Assembly (NCBI GenBank): GCA_002269645.1
Contig: NIVC01002979.1
Location: forward strand, 1-64,000
Reading direction: 5' to 3'
Source of the DNA: Macrostomum lignano
Taxonomy: Eukaryota
DNA: 64,000 nucleotides
Position numbers and translations under genes: made by a program. Below the pieces are notes generated by a model, which did not search any database, was not told the origin of the DNA, and saw only the letters and a program-made list of their open reading frames with translations. This document shows, piece by piece, positions 1-11,684 of this stretch; position 1 is the first letter of the stretch, and each line of letters opens with the position of its first letter.

Positions 1-235
1 GCAGCATCCCAGGCCCCAGCCAACAATATCAAATGTTTGCTTCAAATCCTAATTTTACACGAATGTACTCCATTTTATGTTTACCTCTATCCTACCAACT
101 ATTAACAACTTTTTTGAGTATGGACTCAGATTTCAGAATACATGCAAAAATAGTTCTGGGGATTGGAATTCCCCGCGTTCAAAATCCGCGGGTTTCAACA
201 GCTTTTTATTCAATAAAGGCTGATACAAACAACAA

Positions 236-488
236 CCCGCTGGGAAAAATTGCAGCACTGACACGGTTACGACAGGCGACGACAGGCTAGAGACGACAGC
301 CCTGTCGATTTACTATCGATTTACGAAAATAAGTATGATTTTTTTCAAGTAAATGCGCGCTTCCAAATGCGCTTCGCTGTCAGCTTTCTATCGGCCTCCG
401 ATTGGTCGACTGCCACGGCGACGACAGGGTGACTTGTCGTCAACTTGTTGTCATCAACCTGTCGTCGCTGCAATTTTTTCCCAGCGGG
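236..488. mobile_element. Non-autonomous TIR element (MITE), CCC...GGG termini, 2-bp TSD (EnSpm/CACTA-like)
   Basis: Left cccgctgggaaaaattgcagcactgacacggtt matches the reverse complement of right aacctgtcgtcgctgcaattttttcccagcggg; AA on both flanks; internal cgacgacagg repeats. Confidence 0.75.
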
Positions 489-540
489 AAGATGCATATA
501 AAAAAGTATTTTAAACTTTAATTTACTCTGTGTCATAACC

Positions 541-936
541 TTAATAAATTTCTATTATGTAATGCTGTATTACAAGCACCCACATAGCATTGAGTGGCAC
601 AAAAACTAGCGAACGATTATAAAATCTTTTTTCATTTGAGGTCTTGTGACAACATAATTTCATTGCTAGAATCAGCCCGAGAGCACCTCCGTAGAAGGAA
701 CAGACAAACAGGACATGTTTGCTGACTCGCCATCCACCATTTCTGGCTCGACATCTGTCAATGGCAGTAAGAAGGAATGTAATTTGTGTTATGACGAAAA
801 AGTAGCCAATCAGTATAGTAGCGAGTACTGTGGGTGGCAGGTCAGCGAATTTGGCAAGCAGACTGACTGCTAAATAGACTGCAGTGCACAATATGAGTGC
901 TAGAGAGCATTGCCGCTGCTTTCCAGGCCTAGCCAT
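541..936 (-). CDS. DUF1294 (YsdA-like) small membrane protein, intronless CDS
   Basis: 131 aa with hydrophobic helices; ITFLLTAIDRCRARNGGWRVSKHVLFVCSFYGGALGLILAMKLCCHKT matches the DUF1294 pattern (DK.RA..G.WRIPE..L..L...GG..GA...M..FRHKT). Confidence 0.85.
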   Translation of the reverse strand: MARPGKQRQCSLALILCTAVYLAVSLLAKFADLPPTVLATILIGYFFVITQITFLLTAIDRCRARNGGWRVSKHVLFVCSFYGGALGLILAMKLCCHKTSNEKRFYNRSLVFVPLNAMWVLVIQHYIIEIY

Positions 937-2013
937 GGTGCTGAGGCTGCAAGTAAATGCTGAAGACAGTAAGAAAAAGCTTTATTATATTGGGGTATTG
1001 AGCCAAGGAATGCATATGAAGTATTATGCTTGGAGAAAGTTGCTAATTGTTTTCTTAGGCCCATTCCATATAAGATGGACATATTTGGAAAATAGAAGTC
1101 AATATTTTTGCTTGTCATTGCCTTATCAGCCATTTTTTTACCAAATCTTTTTTATATGTAATGTATACAATCTAAGAAAAAAAAGATAAAATGTTGGATT
1201 AGTATGTTATCAATTGGCAAAAAGTTATTTTTGTAAAAAATTGGACATTTTCTAAGCAAAAGATATCATTAAGTTTATGTACCTTTTAAAAACAAATAGA
1301 AAGCTTTAGAAGGTTAAAAAAACTATATATAAAATTATAGTACTTGCATCATCAGATAAAAACATTAGCAACCACATAATCTATTATATTTTTAATATAA
1401 TAGTACCTCAAAGTTACTGAATTGACAGAAAAAAATATGTTATAACCATAAGGCTGCCTTTTCTTTTGTATCTTTGTTGCCTTTTTGAGATTATATATTT
1501 TAATAAAAGAGTATGACTTCTAAAGATGTTCTTAGTCAAATTAAAAAAAATTATTGCAAAATATCAAAAATGAAAAATGTTATAAGACTTTTACCTTTTA
1601 GTTTCTATATGTCAAAAATCCTGTTGTTACGACCATAAGTGCCATTCAAGGTTTAATAGCATCTATACTAATGATGATATCTATATGAAACTTTATAAAC
1701 ATATTCTTGACAAAATAATATTTTATTCAAAATATTGGTTTAGTATATTCTATTATTAGATTTCATTTTATAAGTAAAAATAGTCTGTCATGTTATGACT
1801 ATAATTATATGGAATGGCCCAATATGAGCATTAGATTAGGCCCTATTCCTTTGCATAATACAAATTTTATTATCTACAAATCATGATTCATAATTTGTAA
1901 ATTATGGTTGAATAAATATAAATCTTAGGTAAAAATCGTTTATATTAATTATAATGTGCAATATAATGATACAAAAATAAATTGCAATATGAAATCTTAG
2001 CTTGTGTTATAGG

Positions 2014-2289
2014 CATACATGCACAACTGTTGGCCGACCTGGCCGATCTGGCCACTGTAAATTGTGGTGGACCAGGGGTAAGTCGCAAAAATGCTCACCC
2101 CAAAGAATATAGACGTAGTACTAATTAGATGACGAGGCATTTAGCCCTTACAAGACAGTCATAGTTACTCCTGCCGTTTACCCAAAATTGCGTTAATGTT
2201 GCTATAGGGTTTCTTTTACAGGTAAGTCACATTTTTGGTCAAAAAGTAAGTCGCATGGCCAGTGTAAATCAGGGGGTTGCGCATGTATG
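2014..2289 (-). mobile_element. hAT-type MITE copy 1 carrying a 28S rRNA fragment
   Basis: TIR catacatgc(a/g)caac; perfect 8-bp TSD gttatagg (2006-2013 and 2290-2297); homologous to 16534-16827 in the opposite orientation. Confidence 0.9.
2120..2183 (-). other. LSU (28S) rRNA-derived fragment, helix 69-71 region, inside MITE; not an rRNA gene
   Basis: Reverse complement GGGTAAACGGCAGGAGTAACTATGACTGTCTTGTAAGGGCTAAATGCCTCGTCATCTAATTAGT versus conserved eukaryotic 28S GGGTAAACGGCGGGAGTAACTATGACTCTCTTAAGGTAGCCAAATGCCTCGTCATCTAATTAGT. Confidence 0.9.
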
Positions 2290-4683
2290 GTTATAGGGCT
2301 CCTGGCTCTCTGTTTAAGAATCCCACTGCTTAGCTACCAAGTTGTCGTAGGGGTTGTGGGGGAGGGGAGTTTATCCTTATTGCTGACACTAACTGTTGTA
2401 GGGTTTACCGGGAATTCTTGGGAGTTTCTCAGGATTTGGGCGAACTTCGCAATTTTAACTACTAACAGGAGTAAGCCGTAGGTTGCTCCTGGTGGCATGG
2501 TATGTCCGAGCGGCAAGACACAATTCTTCTTCTCAGTCCGGGGAATGTAGATGGGGAATGGGAATTAAGGGCTTCGCAATGGATCAGAGTTGCCTGGGAA
2601 AATCGCACTAATGGGGAATTTCTAAACACTAATAGGGAATGCTGGCATGAGTAGACTGACCATCTAATACAGCATTAGATAAGAAGGCAATCTACCTAAT
2701 AAATGTGGGAAATTTCTACAAGGAAGGGTTGGGGGGTGAGGATGCCGGGGCAGACTGTACGTCTGAGTGAATAAGGCTGTACACCTGAGCAGACAGACTG
2801 TCCACTAAAAAGGGGGGAAAGGCAGAAGAGGTGGGCGCCAGTTCCGCTGGGAGAAGGGGAAGAGGCAATACTCGGGGGTAGGACCGAATGTCCTGGGAGC
2901 GGGGAATAGGGGGAAGAGAAGTATTGAACACTTCTAACTATACAAGCTTCGCGCCTTTAAATGACTAAGACTGAGCTATTTTAGAACAATGTTCAGTTAC
3001 AACCGCTAATAACTAGACTAGCGGAGGTCTCAGCGGACAAAGCAGGTTATTCCTTTTCTTGATATATTCTTTTGCTTATATAGAAAACACAATCAATATG
3101 GCGTACGCGTTTAAACAAAAGGATCACTAGATTATACTGTAGGCTACTAAATGATACTAAGATTTACTATTAACGGTATAAAAGATTTATTTATGCAGGC
3201 ACAAAGATGTTTTTAATGATTTAGAAAAATAGTCATATTTACTAAGGCCGTATACCTAAAATGATAGGAAAATAATGGCATTTACACTTGTTTATAAAAT
3301 AAAATGCAAAAAATTGTTAACAAAATAATTTAGATGTGCAAAAATTAGACCAAAACTGGACCAAATAAACCAGTTATTGAAAACTCAGTTTTTGGGGCCA
3401 AAACTAGTTTTTTAGGTTAACCGGTTAACTGGAATTGACATCTCTACATGGTATTAGTCAATGTATATTATCTTTCCTTTAGAATTAAGTTTTTTAGGCC
3501 CATCTTTTACTTATTTTTTGCTTTCCAAAAATGTTTGTTTATTCCTAAAAGTTAGGCCTAAACTATTTAAGTAAAAGTTATAATGTCTATTATATTTAGT
3601 TAAACAAATGTTTTACTATAGAATACAAGTTTCAAGAGCAGTTTAAGAAAATAATACATGTATTTTGCTTTAAATTTAGTTAAAAAATAAGACTTATTGC
3701 CAAATTTGCTTTTTTGCAAAATTTGTATATGATAAATTTATATTGCCAAATCTATTTATTGCCAAAATTTGCCTGCATCCTATTAGGGCTATTGACAAGT
3801 CATGGGACTTCCTAATGCTAGTATTATTAATCAAATATCCATTCTAAAATATCTATCTAGAAACACATTATAGTTTTTTCTAGAACTCATGTCCTACAAT
3901 ATAATATAGGTAAGACATGTTGTTGGCCTAGTTTACTATTATAGGCTTAATTAGAACTAGCCTTGGAGTATGTCATAGGCTAGCCCATAGATAGTTAATT
4001 CGCCAATTATTACTAGACTGCTCGTGATGATTATTATTAATTATTATGGAATGATTACCATTAATATTATTAATATCATTGACAATTAATACATAAAGTT
4101 ACCAACTACTATTTTTATTACTACTAGAATATAAAATGGTACGATAGTCTAATCATAGGCGCAATCATTAAGTGCCCCTTAGGCTGCAACATAGCGATTG
4201 AAGATCCGACACGCGATATGCTAAGTAACAATGCGATATCTAACATGCCTAGTTCCAGTACACGCGAAACGAAAACGAAAATTATTTCGAAGATTAATCA
4301 AATAATGTAACCAAGCTTAAGACTTCACAGTACTTATTAAGTAAAATAAGTATCATTTTTTATTTGTAAAAACATACACTTGTATAATTTGTGTCATACA
4401 GATATGTACCTCAAAGTAAATAGTGTTTTAAATTGCTGTCGTTATTAACCGCGAAAAAGATAGCATGTGCACACGCATGCTTTCGCCCTACACCGGAGTG
4501 TTTAATATAGGCCTTTAACTATATTGAGATTTTGCGCGATTTATGCAATTTGTTTGGCGTGTAACTGACTGGTATTATAATTGTTATACATTTGCTGACT
4601 AGGCCTAGTTTTGCTAGAAGTCAAGACGGACAGAGTATAGGCTAAGCTTATCAATATTTATTTTGTTCTGCTTTAATTTTATA

Positions 4684-4900
4684 ATGAAAATGTCAGTTTT
4701 TATCAGCTCAGGCCTATTCTCTGACTTATTTTACAAACAGCCTTTGTTTTCTAGGTCTATTTTCTTGACTGTATTTATAGGCCTACTTGCTATATCATCA
4801 GCACTTGCTGAGTTCCTAGAAGATGGGGAAGCTGCATCTATGGAAGGTGCAAAATCATTTTTCTTAAAAAAGGAATATTCACTATCAAAGCCATACCATG
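4684..4900 (+). CDS. LMAN2: L-type lectin VIP36/VIPL, coding exon 1 (signal peptide)
   Basis: Hydrophobic leader then FLKKEYSLSKPYHG (human VIP36 HLKREHSLIKPYQG); GTAAGT donor at 4901; the start could be 4684 or 4690. Confidence 0.85.
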
Positions 4901-6272
4901 GTAAGTTGTTTTATTTTTTTTGTAAGCTTTTTGGTAGCATATACCATCATGGTCTTAGTAAACTTGTAATAATGTAGACACATACAATTTATAAATAAGT
5001 TTAAGGTTCAAAGGCCTATATTTACATAGGGCCTAGTCTAAGCCTATTTGTTGAGCTAAACTAAATATATAGTTCTAGATCTAAATAAGCCTTAGGCTTT
5101 GTATAACAATAAATAAGACATTATAATTGAACTTTAAAATTTAGGCCCTATAATAAATAAAGGAGAAATGAGTTGAGCCATGGATATAAAGTAATCTTTT
5201 TTATTAACTTTTTTTGAATTTAGTTTTTTCTTTATATATAATACTATATAATATAAGGCCTATGAAAAATTAACTTATAATAAGCTGTCCAATGTGATAA
5301 CAAAAGTTTGTCAACAAAATCGTAAAAAGTTACAAAATAGTGTCAACTTTGATTTCAAATTTTGGATAAAGTATTGTGTGTACAGAACTGCTGAAATATA
5401 CACTGAAAAGAAGAAAAAAAACTCTTTAATCTGGCCAAACCCCAAGTAAAATTATTAATCCTTGTGTGATTATTTGTTAACTGAAAATAATATACTTTTC
5501 GTGTTTTTTCCTTTTTGGTTGATTTTTTATGAAAAAACTGCTTTCACAAAATCTAAATTTAAAGATTTAAAAACCCGTTTTTAACAAAAAGGATAGTATA
5601 AGTATGAAAGTAAACATTCTAATTTATATTTTTAGAATATTTCAAGGAAAAAAAGTTTTTCCTGTACACCTGTATCGCAATTGAAAGAATTTGATACAAA
5701 AATAATCAGGTTTCCTTCACATCGGCAAGCAATTTGACTTTTTTCTTAGAAAGATATGCATACCAGTAATTACATGCAGAAAGAATTTTGTAAGTTGCTT
5801 TTCCCGCAACATAGTTATTGTATATTTTGTAGACCATCAAAATACATGTAAATCTCCATTGAAAAGCAGATATTGCTTCTTACTATTCTAATTTATATTC
5901 GGCAGAAGTTTTTTTGCTGAAAATGAATTAATTATAAGGGGTGAACTTTTTGAGCTACTCATAGCCATTACCATGCATACCGCAAGCTGGATTTCATGCT
6001 TTGATCCTAAATATGCACATACTACTTATATATTACTTAGTAGAAAAAATATTTTTTTGCGTAGAAATGCATACATATACTTATAAATATGCTGTTTTCG
6101 AAAAAATGTTGATTTCTTCATCTTCTCTTTCCAATCTGCCTAATATAGAAGTAAATTTACTTCCATTTCTTTTTAACCATTGACCAAAGGCAAATGCAAT
6201 CATTATTGTCAATGATAGTATATGCATAGATGCATGTACATTGTATGAAAATGTAAACAAGACACTAAGTCA

Positions 6273-6963
6273 CTAAATAAACTTCCACAGGAGGCGCAGG
6301 TCTCCACCAATCCAGTCACATACAAGTCGTATTCGAATTCCTCCCCTTCGAAGTCATTGAACTCTACCAAGAACAGCAAATCGAACACGTCGTGGCAGAT
6401 GCCAAGTGTAGGAAGCTGCTCAATAATGCGCCCTGAATTCCACTCTTCATACTCCTCTTCCTTATCATCTTCATCGACATACAGAAACCGCATTTCAATT
6501 TGCTGATCATCGCAAAGGCGTGGCATGCCAGCTAGGAGGAGGTGGTCAAAATTGGCTGATGCTGATGGCCTAGCAGATTGACTCCCACGATGCATACATC
6601 TGCCTCGTGACCGCGACAAACTTTGGCTGCGTCCGCGACCATTGGATGCGCCTCTGTGCATTCCACGACCTCGTCCACGACCTAATCGTCCACTGTCAGC
6701 ATCAGTGCCTGGCCTGGGAGCAGCAGGTTGTCTAGCACCCTTTGCCAAGATGGCTTGGATGACTGTGCTGACCCGCTCCTCACGGATGGCCAGCGAGTCC
6801 ATGGCAACTGAAGCTGTGCGCTGACCATCCTCGTTCTGCTGGGGGGTCTGTGCCAGAATGCCCAGCACCTCGCACAAATTTTCACGGAGCTGTGCAGTTG
6901 AAAAGCACACACCACCTGCTGAAAAATTCAGCAAGTGGACTTTGTCCTTCGGTAGGACAATCT
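6273..6963 (-). CDS. Transposase exon 6 (C-terminal region, RG-rich linker, Spindlin-like Tudor domain; apparent frameshift near 6318)
   Basis: AG acceptor at 6964-6965 is phase-compatible with exon 5; IVLPKDKVHLLNFSAGG...RENL; ends EWNSGRII...FLVEFND...FEYDLY/DWIGGDLRLLWKFI*. Confidence 0.75.
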
Positions 6964-7053
6964 CTAAAAAAGAATTGATAAATAAATCTAAATATTTTCC
7001 TAAGTCTTAACATTCTCCATGCGTAAATAAATTTTTCTGCTATAGGGACATAC

Positions 7054-7612
7054 TCGTTGCCTTGTGGAGCCGGAGCTGAGCTTTTAATGCTTGCTCATGC
7101 TCAGCAGGTGACAAGGCTGCCAGCTGACTGTCCACGTCATCTGCACTACGCCACATGCCACCGAATGCCTCGATGCCAACAATGGCATTTTGCAGAGTGG
7201 ACGCCCGTAGCTCCTGCTTGCGCTGCTTCTCCAGCATCTTGTCGTGCAATAGCTCCTGACGTCTGCGACGAACAAATTCTGCGGAAGTGCGCGCGCGCTT
7301 CTCCATGGTTGGTGCCATGACTCGGGCCCGCGACATGATCAGCTGTTTTTCGCGCTGTGACTTTGTTTCCAGCCACTCAGCAGTGCAGTTCTGGCTGAAA
7401 AGAACAGCTGACTCGCGTGCCAAATGCCTCATGTTCGGCTTGCCATGCACCGTGTAGTCCAAAACAGCGAACATCCGCTCTCCAGCTACATTGTCTTTTG
7501 GTGCCTGAGCAGCTGCTGCCGTGTCCTCGGCAGACAGATCTCGCAGACGACCTCCTTGTAGGTGATCAGCAACTTCCCGCTGAAGCAGCACAAGACAATG
7601 GGCGCATAGAAC
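7054..7612 (-). CDS. Transposase exon 5 (catalytic E: KDNVAGERMF)
   Basis: Acceptor atacccag, donor gtatgt; LLQREVADHLQGG and NVAGERMFAVLD motifs. Confidence 0.8.
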
Positions 7613-7739
7613 CTGGGTATGAAAAATGGGTTATTTTACTTCAAATAGATACATGTAATTGTATATCTGCTTCATTGTACACTACAGTACTGTAAATTAA
7701 AGTGTGACCAGACTAAGCAAATAACATAAAATATCTGAC

Positions 7740-8522
7740 CTTGAGCGCTTGACCGACAAGACTAGTCTCCGCAGATACCTCGTCTGAAGTCAGCGACTCC
7801 CACGAAGCCCATGCATCATCATCCTGAAGCACAACACCGGAAAGCTCCGGAAATGGGCCCTCCAGCTCTGCAGTCGGGACAACCGTCTCAGCCGATGTCA
7901 TTTGCTGGAGCCAACTGCAGGCAGTCTCATATCGCTCATTCATGTCGATTAGGGTCACGCGGGAGTCCCGAAGCAGAAACCAGAGAGGACGAATGAGCAA
8001 CAGGTCGAGCAAGCCCAGAGCACGGCATCCGGCCAACAGGATTGCAGATTTGAGGTCTGCTTCGACCGCGAGAAGCAGGCGGTTGCTACAGTGGTATTCC
8101 GACAGAAAGGCCAGTAGGAGATCCTTCTGCCGGTAGACATAACCGCCATTTGGAAAAATGACGTACAGTCGATTACCGCGAAAGTCTTCCATCCGGAAGC
8201 TGGGCGCACCTTTCGACGCCAGGAAGGACTCGAATGGCATGGCAACACCGCATTGCTCGTTTCCCAGCTTATGAAAAGCCTTGCACGTTGTACGAATAAG
8301 ACGCTGAGTACCTGACTCTGACTTTGATGGACGAAAGCCCCCAATTGCAGCGGAACCGATTAGCTCAGACGTGGCACATTTCTCATAGTCGAACAGTCCC
8401 TTATCCACGGTACCAGCCAAGTTTACAATGACATGCATGCCGCAGAAGAGCGATACAACAGGAGGAGGCGGCGCCTTTCCGTGTTCACCGGCCAGTTGAG
8501 AGTGCATGTCATTCAGAAGAAC
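7740..8522 (-). CDS. Transposase exon 4 (CxxH motif and helical insertion domain)
   Basis: FCGMH, SESGTQRLIRTTCKAF, FRGNR, LLAGCRALGL; acceptor actcag, donor gtcaga. Confidence 0.85.
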
Positions 8523-8643
8523 CTGAGTTGCGTAGACGCGTAGATGCAGGTGAGGTGGCGGTAGAAAAGTACACTAGTTCTGTAAATAATCAAAATTTTT
8601 ATAATTTATATATTTATTTGCTTCAAATATTTCAATTTCTTAC

Positions 8644-8880
8644 CTGAAGGCTCTTGTTAACGACGTGGCGATCTGTCATCAGAAATTTTAGGCGCATCAT
8701 CACGTTGTACTTCATCTTCTGGCGCTCCTCTTCACTGCCTTCCAAAGTTAGTGCGCAGAAGGTGTCTACAAGTTCATCGATAGAGGCGTCCAACTCGCGA
8801 AGGTACGTTTCCGCGGTGCCGCCTTCCACTTCTCGCAGAGACAGGCCAACATGGCGGTTGTCAGCTGAGCCGAGGTCAAT
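8644..8880 (-). CDS. Transposase exon 3 (second catalytic D: LMTDRHVVN)
   Basis: Acceptor ttttacag, donor gtaaga; phase 0 on both sides; VGLSLREVEGGTAETYL. Confidence 0.85.
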
Positions 8881-9016
8881 CTGTAAAATGCAACCAATTT
8901 TTTTATTCTGACTCTTTAGGAAAACTTGATGCCTTGGCTTTATTGAAACGAGGAAATTATTTTATTCCATGTACATGTACACGCATTTTGCAGGTCTCCA
9001 TTCATCTCCAACTCAC

Positions 9017-9298
9017 CTGGTACTCAGCGTAATGCCGACCCTTCTTTGACGTGCCGTCGGTCATCAGCGTGAGTGGCTGATCTGTCTGTGTGACTGCCAG
9101 GGTTTTGTCCATCCCACTAGCCTTCGCCAGACAGTTTCCGACGCTGAATGCACAGCTAGCAATCAGCGACTTAGACGGCAGCTCCATTGACTTCGAATCA
9201 AAGGATGTGAACCCCGCAAGGACATGCTGGATGCACGGGGACACATATCGGACTGGGACATGGCAGTCGAGAACGAGCTTTACGCAGGTTTCAATTAC
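9017..9298 (-). CDS. Transposase exon 2 (first catalytic D: TLMTDGTSK)
   Basis: Acceptor tttaactag, donor gtgagt; phase 0 on both sides. Confidence 0.85.
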
Positions 9299-9444
9299 CT
9301 AGTTAAAGTTCAATTTCGAAATTCGATTTTAGTTTTACTACATGTAGCAGCAAAAGTAGAACAATACTGATAAGAAAATAGAGAATAGCATACATAAAAT
9401 TTATAGCTATTGACTATTGTATTGAACTTATAAGTATCTCATAC

Positions 9445-10332
9445 CTGGTTACTGTATTGCAGTCCTCCTCTGGGGCGGTTCTCCTTCGTCGAAATCAAGT
9501 TGCCTTTCTCCGCCCCCTCCAGAGAGATCGACACCTGGTCCAGACTGCTGTGGAGCTCGCGAATCTCGCGTTGCAGCTCACCGACTTTCTGCTTCAAGCT
9601 CTGCTGGGACACGCTTTGTCGGTCATGCTGTCTGACCTGGGCTCGAAGCTCGCAAATCGTTTCGCGCTGACGCAGATTCTCCTGCAGCAGCTGCTGCACC
9701 TTCTTCTTCGAACTATCAACTTTCGATTGCAGAGTTTGGAGCTGCCGAGTATAAAAGCCGGCACTAGGTCGTTTGGCAAGACGGCAATGCAGGGCGTGGA
9801 GCTGCTGTTCCTTCTGACGCAGCTGCCGTTGGAGGTCGGAATTGATGTCCGACAGAGCTGCCTGGACGCCAGTTTGCTCCTCAACTGACATAGCGGATGA
9901 GGCCTGCTGGTGAATGCGATCTGTGCTAGGAAGCAGATCAGCTTCAGCGTCGCCCATGTCAAGATCATCCACTTGTTCGGGCTCAGCTGGCAGCCTTTTC
10001 CCTACAAAATGCTGCACCTCTTGGAGAAGTACTTGAGGCACATCAAAGCTGGCTTCAAGAAAGGCATCATAAGACGAATGAAGCTTGCCAGACTTCAGTT
10101 CGCGCTTGTGATCTCTGTACAAATCTTGTGCCTTCTTCTTGCAATGGCGGACCTTTCGCAGAAGAGCCTCTTTGCACTTGTCACTAAGGCTCACCGAAAT
10201 GAGCCCCATTGCACGAAGCAGGCGAGTTGCGATAGCAACGCCTGTTTCATTTTTACTTCTCGCCTTTTCGAAAAAATGGATGGCCCTTTGATTTGAAATG
10301 ACCACAAGGCGATCTTTTGAAGATGATGCCAT
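9445..10332 (-). CDS. Transposase exon 1 (basic N-terminus plus long coiled coil)
   Basis: ATG at 10332 (MASSSKDRLVV, context aaaATGG); heptad-rich QKEQQLHAL...LQREIRELHSSL; donor gtatga. Confidence 0.75.
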
Positions 10333-11684
10333 TTTAACTTTGAATGAGAAGGCTGAAAATCCATGTTCATGAAAAAGTGCATTGGCCTTTGCCAACAAAA
10401 CTAGTGTTGTGCAATATAAATATAATTGATAAAAACATTTTATAATATTTATCATTCCCTAGTAAACTAAGAATAAAATACATTACATAGCATAGGTATC
10501 CTATATTAGAACTTAATGAGATAATAAAGATTAAAGTCAAATATATACATTTGTGCAGTAAAGGTACAAATTAATTATATATAGAAATGAATAAAACAAC
10601 AATATCTTTTCTCTAGATAATTAATTCTCAGAAAAACTTTATGTAATATTTAATATACATGTTCTTAACACAAGGACAAAATAGTGAGAGTATATCTTCC
10701 ATATTTTTTAAGTTTTCCATGTTTGAATAAAAAAATCATGCATCCGGTAGCTTGTATTTTTATATTTTTTAAGAATTCTTTTACAAAATCCAATGATATC
10801 TCTATAAATAGACAATGACAAATATATCACAAAAAATGAAAACAATTTCTTTTTTCAAATGACACCAGAGCCAATAATTTCTTGCCAAAAATAAGAAAGT
10901 TATGTTTATTTAAACACAAAAAATTCTTTCCAGAATGAAAAAATGAACCAGATTGTAATGTATTTTTGTCATCTAAAAAGTTCAAATTTTTAAACACAAA
11001 AATCGTTATAACTTTTTTATTACTAGTTCAATTTTCATGAGTGAAGTCTTTTTGGAATGCTACAAACATCCTCTATAATGTTTTATTGTTAGATTAGCAG
11101 ATTATTTCTTACTTTCAAAATCTCATTGGACAGCCTACTTATAAGCCTATTAATATATTTTTATTTTTATTTTTCAACTTTATCTAATTGAAATTAAATA
11201 TAAAAATCATTAGTCTAGTAGCCTGTAAGTAACTGGTCATTTTGGCCATAGACCATTGTCTAAACTTTACAGTTTTAAATATTGTGCTTTGATTTTCAAT
11301 TTTGGTGACAAATCTTATTCTTTTAGTATTTCTAGCTTTACCTTGCTTGTAACTGAAACCTTTTCTTATCTCACCCTCTGGCGAAATCCAAAAATCGGGG
11401 GCAAATTTTTTGAAATTTTAGTTTTTGGCGACTTGAAAGCTATAAAGCTATAAAAAAATTGCAAACATATATAAAAGCAAAAATCAATAATGTATTGTCT
11501 TATCTTTAATAAGATGATTTGTTAAAATGGTAAATTAAATTACAACTAAAATAACTACTAATAAAAATGATAAAAAAAGCTCTAATAATGTATTCATTAA
11601 CTTTAAGTATTCTTTACTATTAATTTCTAAAATTTTACTACATATTTAACATTCTTTTGAGATCTGGTAGCGATGCTTATTTAA

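Larger units (their letters stand above)
5281..11137 (-). mobile_element. Autonomous-type hAT-like DNA transposon (hATw-like), 5857 bp, antisense in lectin intron 1
   Basis: TIRs taagctgtccaatgtga and tctcattggacagccta; 7-bp TSD cttataa (5274-5280, 11138-11144); encloses a spliced DDE transposase gene. Confidence 0.85.

Noticed and set aside
2120-2183. rRNA gene
   Set aside because: Only 64 bp, mutated, and bounded by MITE sequence with TIRs and a TSD.
2300-2950. Possible LTR-element fragment with a TGGCGCCCA PBS-like motif at ~2835
   Set aside because: The match is only 9 nt, with no LTR termini or gag/pol motifs.
3340-3450. Right end of a hAT-like element (aaccggttaac...gacatctcta)
   Set aside because: No matching left TIR or TSD found; fragment only.
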